From the IMG/VR virus record IMGVR_UViG_3300021956_000053, positions 1-31,469 of that record: DNA of 31,469 nucleotides; one strand, 5' to 3'. Made by a program: the position numbers and the translations under genes. The notes under the pieces are model-generated. The model was not told where the DNA came from. It did not search any database and worked only from the letters and a program-made list of their open reading frames with translations. This DNA is from a virus. Its lineage: Duplodnaviria; Caudoviricetes. Positions 8,901 through 16,875 of the stretch are shown here, piece after piece. Position 1 is the stretch's first letter. Every line of letters starts with the position of its first letter.

Positions 8901-11900
8901 AGTTAACAATCTGACTGCCGGCGCGTTGCTCTTGATCTCTGTTGTAGTCGTGCTCAAACGAATACTGAGGCTCACCTCGCAGCTCACGGTCAAATAGCTC
9001 CTCAAACTCGCGGCTATCTGCGGGCTTTCCGTGTTCATCTAAGGTGAGATAGCCGTAGGGAGTTAGTGCTTCCATCATGCCGTCAATGGATAAGCCTCCT
9101 TCCTTGCGCCACACCGGTTTGCCAAACACACCTGAATATTGTTTAGTGGCCGGATCAAGATCCCATTGGGCTATCAGATCGGCTTTGTTAAGCCCGCCTA
9201 GTTTTGCAACCGCTGTAAAAAGCGAATCAATCGCAGGCGTCACTACGTTAGGATTTGACTTGGTGACGGTCTGCTTAGGTACGCGATCTTCAGGATTGAT
9301 TTTAGCCGTCAGCAATGCCCACGCACGATACACCGGCTGCGACATTACTTCGACGCGCGCTTTAGATCGCTCGTCTCGACGCTTCTCTTTTGCTTCTTTT
9401 TGCAATGCTTTTAGAACGCGACTTCTTGCATTACGCAGCCATTGCATATCGCGCAAACCGCGCGCATCAAGCTGATCAACCGCATCCGCTGTCGCTTCTT
9501 TGTTCTGATTCTGGTATTCCCTAAACTCATCGGCCGTCATGGGTGCCGCGTCTAATGTGGTAAAAAGCGGCATCATACTGCGCGCTTGCTCTGCAAGTTG
9601 GATCTGCTCTTCGGAGGCAATCATGCGATCAAACACACCTCGCACCTCATCGGTCAGCTCAACATTAAGCGCCTCGATGGATTTATAAACGCGTTTTAGC
9701 CATTCTTTAAAGCGTTGGAATAAAGGTTGAAGTTCAATGCTTGGCGCATTACCTTCAAATAGATAGGCTTCAAAGCCGCGTGCAAATCGTTCATGGAATC
9801 CGCGCTTCTCTTCTAATGTCATGCGGTGCCAGGTATCCAGATCCTGTACACCAAACCAATTTAAAATGGCATTAGCATCTTTGATAATCTGCTGTTCGCC
9901 AGGCTTTAGGTTTTCTATACCAAAAAGTCCAGCTTCTTGTTCTAGCCTTGCAGCCAGATCCATTTGCATTTCCAGGAAGAAATGCCCTGTCTCATGCAAG
10001 AACGTCGAAAGATCCGCGTTCTTTAATAACGAGATTGTTAGGTTGGTTGGGTTGAAACTTCCTCGGTTGACGGTGGCACCTTGGTTGTATTCTCCGCCAG
10101 AAGGCTGTCCAGTTCCGCTTCCGCTTCCCTCGATTGTTTGAGTCTGGCCGCTTGCGCTTTCAGCGCCTCTGCCTTCTCTTTCGGTGTCAGCAATTTCGAG
10201 AACCGCGCGTTGCCCGCTAGAAAGTGCTTGGCTAAGTTGGCTGTAAAGTTCTCCATCTATTCCCCCTAATTGTAAAAGTGTCTCCAAGTTAGACTGAAGC
10301 TCTTTGCGTACCTTCGATAATTGTAATTCTTTAGTCAAATCAGACAAAGAAATTGTTTGTGCTTTTCGTTGGTTAGTTTGCCGATCCCCTTTAAAACATC
10401 CTGCCGCGCCATAAAGATCGCAGGCCGTACAGGTCCACAAGCCTTTGTCTGCGGTCTTGTCACGGATGTCAACAAACGAAGTGCCTGGCTTAGTTTCGAG
10501 TTTCCCCCCATCCACTGGACAAAGATTCTCTTTTGCCATTCGGCTATATAAATTCGGAAAGCGCGCTTTAAGCTCTTCTTTGGTAATTGCCTTACCTTTA
10601 AGATTAACCGGTAAGTATACGGATACACGATCGTGTATCGGCATTAACATCTCTTCGGTGGTTTCGTCTGTAATCGTGACAGCTAAACGCAAATCAGGAT
10701 TTGCATCGGCCAATTCCATGTTGGTGCCATCAATCGAAAGCATCTTTAAATTGAGATCTGAGATAGATCGCAATAAATCAGGACGTTTTGAAAAAACCTG
10801 AATCGCTATTCCTTTAGCGTTTAGCAATTCGATAACATGCACCTGCGCGGGTGAAAGATCCCCCTTGTCGTTTAACCGAAGAGATAGTCCCGCTTTACCG
10901 GCCTCCGTTGCCAGATAGTCTGAAGCCAGTTTATCCGCCATCTCTTGCGGAAATCGCTCTAGCATAAATTCGGTAAATTCCGATTTGGCTATTTCATTTG
11001 GCCTAGCATTACCGGTTGCGGCGTAACAATGGATCGCGCACGCCTTACTAGGATCACAGTTGGTGAAGGATGTTGAAACATCATTCTCAGCTTTACGGTT
11101 TCCCCCAATAAAATCGTAGGCATTAAGAAGCAGTTTTAGAACACGAGCGCCATGCTCTGGATATTTCTTAAATGCTTTAACAAGTTTGGTGGCCGCCATA
11201 TCTTGCTTTCCCCAGATTGCATTTCGCTCTAGGTTAGATATGTCTTGGCCATCCATTGCACGTTCTAGCATTTCGCGGTACGCCATACCTTTGATAGCGG
11301 CAGCTGCCCACGCTGTACCTTTATGTTCTTCTAGATTTGCTCGTACACGTTGCTGTTCCTCTTCACCCATGCGGGCAATTCGGCTTTCTACTGCGTCCTT
11401 TACGTCAGGGTTTACACGGTCAAGATCGCCAGTGATGGCATTAGCGCCTTCAACCACTGCACTTTGATTGTAAATATTCGCATCGTTCGGATCAAAGTTG
11501 CCGTTGTTACCAGTGGCAGATTTGATTTGAGTAGGTGTTAAAACAACATAAACTTTATCGCCTTCATTTGCCGCATGAGAGGCTATGTTTGCATCAACGA
11601 TAAACCCGTCTTTTTTAGTACGGGCGATAACGGATCTCATAACGCTATCCCGCGCAACTCCACCCACGTTGATAAGGGCGCCTATTATTTCGGCATCATG
11701 TTTAGATTGCGTGTAAATATCGTCAAGCGCGGCGTTTAAAACAGCACGACGTCCTTCGTATTCAATATCACCATAGTTGGAAAGAAAATACTCGTCTTCC
11801 TTTTCCATGTCTTCAATGACCTTTGTTACTTGTGCTTTGGTAATGGTTTTCTTTGTAACACTTAGAGTTGGGTTATCCGCTTTCAAATACACAGCAAGGG

Positions 11901-14103
11901 ATTTATCCCCATACCCGCTGGCAACTAATTTAGAATCTGCAAAGTAGAATCCAGGGCCAATTGCCAAGCCATTAAGGCCCATCTTGCTAAGGTCAAATGT
12001 ATCAAAATCTGCTTCTGTACCGTGATAAACTTCCAACGGTTTACCATCGGCGTCCGCCACCTTAGATTGACCGAACCAATTCTTAAACGCTGGGGTATCT
12101 GTTTGTAGATTTCCGCTTTGGTCATAGCCTTGCTGTAAGTCTGAGGCAAAGCGGACCGCGTATTGGTTGTGCAATTCTTCAGGCGACATGCCCATCTTGG
12201 CCGCGTTGACCGCAAAGAAATCCCCCAACAAGGTGGAATACGCTTTGTTGACATCGGATGTATGGTGGCCAAGCGCGTCTAACTCTGTTTGGAATTTTTC
12301 TTTTAAGCGCGCGGTAGATTGTTTAAACTCGTTATCGGTTTCCTTTGACGCAAGCGTGCTTTCCATTTCCTTAACTAAATCTTCTTGGAAATTCTGTCTA
12401 AAGTCTGCCGCTTCTTGTTGGCTAAACTCGTTTGGTCCTTCTTTAATAATAGGCACCAAGGCTTGTGCGTACTCAGTGGGTGCAATCGCAGCGGTGTATT
12501 CCCCTACTGGAATAGACAGCGTGCCTTTTGTTTCCGCAGCTAAGGGTAATTGTTCGGCAACAGACGGGGATACCGCAGCAATTTGTTCTGCAACACCTGT
12601 TTGCATCAGCGCGTCGGCATCGATGTAAACGTGTGTAAGATTGCCATTCTCGCCGGCTTGTTGCGCAAACCCTTCAAAGGTGTCGTAATCCCTACCCAAA
12701 ACTTTATTAGCTTGAGCGAGTTTGTTTAGCTTCTCAGCCGCGGCTCCAAATTCGTCCGCACGTTTTGCTTTGTCCTCATCCCGTTGCGCGCGACCTGCAA
12801 TGCCTGAGAACGTACCGCCGGTCAAACCGCCTACCGCCAGGCCTTGCAACATACTCTCAACCACACCTTTGCTTAAGTCCTGCTCAGGGTTAATGTTGTT
12901 TTTCAGTGCGAGGTTTTCAGATAACTGCTCGCCGCCACTTTGTACAGTCTCGGTAAATCCTTCGTTGACAAGGCCTTTACCCACTCGTGGTAAGAGCTTG
13001 CCGCCTTCCCCAATGATCTTCCCCAGAAAATGCCCGCCTACCGCATTGGTGAGGGCATCCGTAAGTCCAGCCCCAAGGCCGGCTTGCTCGCCGGTTCTAG
13101 CTGCTAAGAAAATACGCGCGGCATTAGGGTCATATCCTTCGCCAACCATCTTTTGAAATTCAGGAGATTTTTCTAAAGTGGAAAACGGCGTTTGTTCGAC
13201 TTGGTTTTGCGTAGAGTTATATTGCTGCGCGTAGCCCACCGCACCTTCAGATCCCGCGCCAAACCGTGAAGCCATGTGAACGGCCGCATCGATCCCCGCT
13301 TGTTTAGCAACTTCCGCAGATGCGCCCGTTGCCAAAGACGCTTGCTCTGCTTTAAGGGATGCGCCGCGTGTCAGGAACGCCGTTAACGCAAGCGCTGCGG
13401 TAGTGGGCAATGACCGAATAGCATCGCTGACCACTTTGACCGGGTGAAGATACGCGGCCTTCTCAGGATCAAGTGTTTGGTATTCTAAGTTGCCGTAGGT
13501 ATCTTTCACCTGTTGAGGAACCTTAGCCATGATGTCATTGGCATCTTGCGTTTGGTTTCTGGCAAAGCGAGACAATACGGCCGACGCGCCTTGTTCCCGT
13601 TGGCGCTTCAATCCTTCTGGATCGTTCTTGTACAGGTCTACCAAATCTTGGTCGCTGACAGTGGGCAGTACGGTATCGAGCAGCTTAGCCCCCGCAGCAG
13701 CAAAATCATGTAATCCGGCACGACCCGACGCACTCATGAACGACAAGGCTTTTTCTATGTCGGTCATGTTCTGAATGTCGTCGTGGATAAAAGGCGCTTT
13801 GTCGGGATCCTTTAGCAGATTTTGGGTGGCTTTGAACGGTTGAGTGGATTGCGCATACCGATCAATCATTGCCTGGCGGTTTACGTCTTTAAAATTATCT
13901 TGAACCGCCGACACCGGTGTATTGCTCTCTAGCGCAAGGCGGTAGGCTTTGGCCGCTTCGTCAGGATTCTTATCCATTGCTTGCCCAAGATTAGCGCGCA
14001 CGTCTTGGTTCTGCTGAATATTCTTAATGCTGTAAGGGTTGTTTTCTACGGGCGCAAATTCACCTTGGATATTTTCCAAGCTGTAAGGATTGCTATCTGT
14101 CAT
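5905..14103 (-). CDS. Giant internal virion / DNA-ejection protein with polyvalent enzymatic modules (2732 aa)
   Basis: Position of the largest ejection protein. Gly/Ala amphipathic N-terminal helices, ART-like module (VYHGT...GFYF...QIKSATGNNGNFD), Cys-rich module, and STFLHETGH...HERFARGFEAYL zincin-like motif. Confidence 0.85.
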   Translation of the reverse strand: MTDSNPYSLENIQGEFAPVENNPYSIKNIQQNQDVRANLGQAMDKNPDEAAKAYRLALESNTPVSAVQDNFKDVNRQAMIDRYAQSTQPFKATQNLLKDPDKAPFIHDDIQNMTDIEKALSFMSASGRAGLHDFAAAGAKLLDTVLPTVSDQDLVDLYKNDPEGLKRQREQGASAVLSRFARNQTQDANDIMAKVPQQVKDTYGNLEYQTLDPEKAAYLHPVKVVSDAIRSLPTTAALALTAFLTRGASLKAEQASLATGASAEVAKQAGIDAAVHMASRFGAGSEGAVGYAQQYNSTQNQVEQTPFSTLEKSPEFQKMVGEGYDPNAARIFLAARTGEQAGLGAGLTDALTNAVGGHFLGKIIGEGGKLLPRVGKGLVNEGFTETVQSGGEQLSENLALKNNINPEQDLSKGVVESMLQGLAVGGLTGGTFSGIAGRAQRDEDKAKRADEFGAAAEKLNKLAQANKVLGRDYDTFEGFAQQAGENGNLTHVYIDADALMQTGVAEQIAAVSPSVAEQLPLAAETKGTLSIPVGEYTAAIAPTEYAQALVPIIKEGPNEFSQQEAADFRQNFQEDLVKEMESTLASKETDNEFKQSTARLKEKFQTELDALGHHTSDVNKAYSTLLGDFFAVNAAKMGMSPEELHNQYAVRFASDLQQGYDQSGNLQTDTPAFKNWFGQSKVADADGKPLEVYHGTEADFDTFDLSKMGLNGLAIGPGFYFADSKLVASGYGDKSLAVYLKADNPTLSVTKKTITKAQVTKVIEDMEKEDEYFLSNYGDIEYEGRRAVLNAALDDIYTQSKHDAEIIGALINVGGVARDSVMRSVIARTKKDGFIVDANIASHAANEGDKVYVVLTPTQIKSATGNNGNFDPNDANIYNQSAVVEGANAITGDLDRVNPDVKDAVESRIARMGEEEQQRVRANLEEHKGTAWAAAAIKGMAYREMLERAMDGQDISNLERNAIWGKQDMAATKLVKAFKKYPEHGARVLKLLLNAYDFIGGNRKAENDVSTSFTNCDPSKACAIHCYAATGNARPNEIAKSEFTEFMLERFPQEMADKLASDYLATEAGKAGLSLRLNDKGDLSPAQVHVIELLNAKGIAIQVFSKRPDLLRSISDLNLKMLSIDGTNMELADANPDLRLAVTITDETTEEMLMPIHDRVSVYLPVNLKGKAITKEELKARFPNLYSRMAKENLCPVDGGKLETKPGTSFVDIRDKTADKGLWTCTACDLYGAAGCFKGDRQTNQRKAQTISLSDLTKELQLSKVRKELQSNLETLLQLGGIDGELYSQLSQALSSGQRAVLEIADTEREGRGAESASGQTQTIEGSGSGTGQPSGGEYNQGATVNRGSFNPTNLTISLLKNADLSTFLHETGHFFLEMQMDLAARLEQEAGLFGIENLKPGEQQIIKDANAILNWFGVQDLDTWHRMTLEEKRGFHERFARGFEAYLFEGNAPSIELQPLFQRFKEWLKRVYKSIEALNVELTDEVRGVFDRMIASEEQIQLAEQARSMMPLFTTLDAAPMTADEFREYQNQNKEATADAVDQLDARGLRDMQWLRNARSRVLKALQKEAKEKRRDERSKARVEVMSQPVYRAWALLTAKINPEDRVPKQTVTKSNPNVVTPAIDSLFTAVAKLGGLNKADLIAQWDLDPATKQYSGVFGKPVWRKEGGLSIDGMMEALTPYGYLTLDEHGKPADSREFEELFDRELRGEPQYSFEHDYNRDQEQRAGSQIVNLQALNAVRFDKAELINAGLSDEIINKLAGYRMIAKTDGIHQDFIADLILDENGNPEFSSGDDLIQQIVAATPPNEEVEALTDLRMLEKYGDLSSPEAIEKAADLAIHNDLRAKMVATEANALAKATGGRKILASAARMLAATTIGRKKIRDLLPSVFTNAEVKAAKSAEKYMRAKDLVNAAAEKRNQLFNMYAAKAAMDAKDEVEKGLRYLKKFNGVIKGIDVDYADQIAAILSRFDLRKISNKEVDRRKSLAAWLVTQEDEGFVPDLPEHVTNEAFIKSYKELTVEEFRGVLDSVRQIEHLGRLKKKLLLAKDQREFEAIRDEIVQSINDNSQGRNVSIANNNTLGERAKETWNAFAWGHAKVATLVKVLDGGEIGGPVWEFLVRPANERGNWETTQRAEATLALAKIMAPVFKLGKMGGKGESFEGVGRSFNREARIAIALNVGNAGNLQRLLGGEGWSLAQLTPILKTLTRNEWLAVQAIWDHFETYRPLIAAKERRVYGKEPNWVETTPFEITTADGETVSLRGGYYPIKYHPKASQRAEEHNDAEAAKRQWQGAYTSATTRHSFIKTRAKEVIGRPLLYSLSGVYSGVNEVIHDLAWHEWLIDTKRILKNDAIDKAIRHHYGPEFKQQFKSWMNAIAEGEKGSDHIVDIGLSKIRQGVSVSGLGFNVMSAAMQPTGFTQSVSVVGAKWIGLGVSRYLADIKGSTQTVNEMSEFMTNRARTRFRELNELRNSVEDQSPYKEWLGRYAYFLMMRCQQMVDVPTWIGAYEKAQASGVVEERAIALADQAVIDSQGSGMLKDLSAIERGGPAQKLFTVFYSYMNTALNIGIGKTMSAEIGKRKAKLAAEYLLLYVLPPVLGFAIKEALTPTGDDDDDYWEKLPKRLASNQIDYLMGLMVIVREFSEAAKLMAGVEDHKQDYQGPAGVRMIADTVKFGEQLGQGDFDTPFRKAFVNLMGDAFALPSAQINRTVTGIEALSEGKTSNPTAIAFGFKEKH

Positions 14104-16235
14104 AAACCAAATCTCATTTTAAAACGTGCGGTGATGTTTGCCTCGGAGGGTTCCGCCCCTTCAGCGACAAGGGCCTTGGTAATTAACTTGCGTTCGCTGT
14201 CCGGAATGTCCGGTTTGTAATCGGCTTCGTCAGGGGATCCATACACCTCATACATTTTCTTGGTGCTATTTCCAAACCAGATATTGCTAGACCGCGTGGC
14301 CGGTAGCATCATGCGATCAATAATCTTTTGGCGTTCGGAGTAGTCCAATTCTCGGCCACCTTTATGCGCCGATTCAGAGGCAATCGCTTGCATAACTGCA
14401 GAATCAAATTTGCCTTTTTTTGAAGTAAACACGGATGCAGCAATGCCAAGCGTATTGTGTGCAATTTCGAGTTGTTTACCTAGCTCTACCGCGTGAACGG
14501 CTTGCGAGGGATCTTTCATCTTGGCTTGCAGATCAATCAGCTCTTTGCGCTGTGGCTCTGCCAATGTAGAAAAATTAAGCGATAGATCCCGCGTTTTAAA
14601 ATTGCCAGGGTCGGTGGTCGCCATATCGCGAAGACCTGCGTATACCTTCCAATCGGTAGATACATCGCCGGTATCTAAAATCTTTTTAATCTTGTCTTTA
14701 ACTTCACCCACTTTGTATGCGGGCACGGCGTTTTGCACTGCAAACGGTAACTTTTCAAAGGGGACTTGGTTTCGCCTTGCCTCATCTAACGCGGTGTTAA
14801 CACTGGTTTCTTCCTGTGTTTTGATTTGCGCGTTGTAGTTTTTGATTTGGTATTCCCCTTCTGCGCGCGCTTTGGCTAACTGATCAGGGTTGAGGTTCTT
14901 CTTGGCAAGCTGCGCCTCTACATCCCCCATGGTCATTTCTTTTGGTGGTTTTAACGCCGCGCGATTGTAGTTATCCATCGTTTTATTGACATAACTTTTT
15001 AGCTCATCATCTGCATAATCCAACCAATACCCGCCAGACTTTTTGGCTTCTTTAATAGCGTCTTGTGTCCGTTTGGGTGCGTGATATTCCCCAATGGTTT
15101 TGCTAAAGTCGTTTCCGTTTTGCGCGTACCTATCTTGGAAAACCGCTAAAGAAAGCGCGTAGCCGTAGGCAGGCTCTGTTTTTAAGCGTTCCAAATCCCA
15201 CTTAACCCCCGCCAATCTAGCCGCCTCAGGCCCTGTCTTTTCATTAAGCTGGCCTGGACCATAATCGGTCGTGCCGTTTTTATTTAAGTGCGTAACTACG
15301 CCAGGCTTTCCGCCGGATTCGGTCATCACCACACCTTTGCTAAACACTTCCGTAACTAGCGCGTCATATGCAATTTGTGCGGGTGCTGGAGGCTTAGCGT
15401 GATTAAAGGCTTCTTGGCCAGCGTTAAGTCCAACATAAGTATTAACACCGCTTTTGACTTGCTTTGACACCACGAGCCCGTCGTCCATCGTCATCAAATG
15501 TTTGTGGTCGTCGTAAAATTTAGCGGCGCCTAGCGCGTCACCGTCAGCCTGATAGGCATCTACGCCGGACTTAATCGCAGTGCTGATATCTTTTTTAGAT
15601 TGCATATCGATTGCAGGCACATCTAAACCGTGCAATTCACCTAGGCGATCGTTTTGTTGTCGAATACTGGCAACGGCAGCGGACCACGCCTGAGGGTTTC
15701 GATAATTTGTTTTTGCTTCTTCAATGGCTTCATCTCGCAGACCTTCCGCAGTGGAGATATCAAACGTGCGTTGTTCGCGCACGACGTGTTGCCATACGTT
15801 ATCTTTAAACCCATCAACAAACCCGCCTGCAAAATGTGCAAAGGCTTGTTTTTGCGCGTCGTTACCTAGCGATTGCGAGATTGCATCAACGTCCTGTTGC
15901 AGCCGTCCGCCTACTTCCTCGGGCAACGGAATACCTTCAGGTCGCTCAAGCGCATCGCGTCCTTTTAAATTGGCGTAGCCTGCGGTTTTATCGTATTGGT
16001 AATATCGCGCTTTGCGTCGGAGTTGTAGCGTGGCGTCATCTAGCCGTGATTGATTAGCCTTTGCCGCCAGGTCCATTGCAACATTGCCTGCGGCATCCCC
16101 CGCATGGGTAAGCGCTTCGCCCATGACTTTGCCGGTCTGTCCTGGATCGACTAGAACATCCGGGGCTTTGGCAAACGATTGCGGTAAGGTGTTAGGGGTC
16201 GCCTGAAAACTGTCGTAGGTTGGGACTCTAGGCAT
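14100..16235 (-). CDS. Internal virion protein with lytic-transglycosylase-like domain
   Basis: MPRVPTY start typical of this ejection protein. VVMTESGG...NKNGTTDYGPGQLN resembles SLT motifs I and II. Confidence 0.75.
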   Translation of the reverse strand: MPRVPTYDSFQATPNTLPQSFAKAPDVLVDPGQTGKVMGEALTHAGDAAGNVAMDLAAKANQSRLDDATLQLRRKARYYQYDKTAGYANLKGRDALERPEGIPLPEEVGGRLQQDVDAISQSLGNDAQKQAFAHFAGGFVDGFKDNVWQHVVREQRTFDISTAEGLRDEAIEEAKTNYRNPQAWSAAVASIRQQNDRLGELHGLDVPAIDMQSKKDISTAIKSGVDAYQADGDALGAAKFYDDHKHLMTMDDGLVVSKQVKSGVNTYVGLNAGQEAFNHAKPPAPAQIAYDALVTEVFSKGVVMTESGGKPGVVTHLNKNGTTDYGPGQLNEKTGPEAARLAGVKWDLERLKTEPAYGYALSLAVFQDRYAQNGNDFSKTIGEYHAPKRTQDAIKEAKKSGGYWLDYADDELKSYVNKTMDNYNRAALKPPKEMTMGDVEAQLAKKNLNPDQLAKARAEGEYQIKNYNAQIKTQEETSVNTALDEARRNQVPFEKLPFAVQNAVPAYKVGEVKDKIKKILDTGDVSTDWKVYAGLRDMATTDPGNFKTRDLSLNFSTLAEPQRKELIDLQAKMKDPSQAVHAVELGKQLEIAHNTLGIAASVFTSKKGKFDSAVMQAIASESAHKGGRELDYSERQKIIDRMMLPATRSSNIWFGNSTKKMYEVYGSPDEADYKPDIPDSERKLITKALVAEGAEPSEANITARFKMRFGL

Positions 16236-16236
16236 T

Positions 16237-16812
16237 TTACTTACCACCCATGTTATTCATCATGTACCAACTCGATGCCACGTCCGTGGCTTTGCCAAGC
16301 ATTGTGGAAGCGCCCGCCATCCAGGGTGAAATTGCGCTGGACGCATTGCGCGCGGTTAATGCTTCGTTCTGGAAATTTGTGCCTTGCATTCGATAGCCCC
16401 ACGCGCTGCGCACAGCATTCGCCTGGATGGTGTTTTTATCGACCTCTTTCATGATCTCGGTTGAGGCTAAGACCTCCGCCGCGTTACCTTCACCTAAGTC
16501 AATTCCGTTCGCTGCCATTGAAGTGCGTTGGGTGCTTTTAAGCTGGCCGGCTTTAAGTGTGAGGTTGCCAATCTCATGTTGGCCTTGATTGAGCGCAGAC
16601 TGCGCGCCTAGCTCTGCAATACGCGCGTTGGTATCTGCAATGATTGCTTGGGTTTTGAGTTGGTATTTCTGCGTTTCAGCGCTAAAGAATGATCCGATTG
16701 TGGATGAAAGCATCCCGCCAATTTGCAGCGCCATGACGCCTGCGCCTAAACCGCCCATTCCGCCGCCACCGCCTAGCCCTTTGAAGGACGAGTTGACTAC
16801 ACCATAAGCCAT
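16237..16812 (-). CDS. Internal virion protein (T7 gp14-like position)
   Basis: Gly-rich hydrophobic N-terminus, QRTSMAANGIDLGEGNAAEVL...TIQANAVRSAWGY motif, GGAG SD, follows the tail tube genes. Confidence 0.8.
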   Translation of the reverse strand: MAYGVVNSSFKGLGGGGGMGGLGAGVMALQIGGMLSSTIGSFFSAETQKYQLKTQAIIADTNARIAELGAQSALNQGQHEIGNLTLKAGQLKSTQRTSMAANGIDLGEGNAAEVLASTEIMKEVDKNTIQANAVRSAWGYRMQGTNFQNEALTARNASSAISPWMAGASTMLGKATDVASSWYMMNNMGGK

Positions 16813-16841
16813 GTTTAAAACTCCGAAGGATAATGGTCTTC

Positions 16842-16875
16842 ACCATAACCCTTCAGGTTTTAATCAAGTGCATCA
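16842..16875 (-). promoter_or_regulatory. Putative late promoter B (ejection proteins)
   Basis: TGATGCACTT (16875-16866), 18 nt, TATGGT (16847-16842). Confidence 0.72.
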
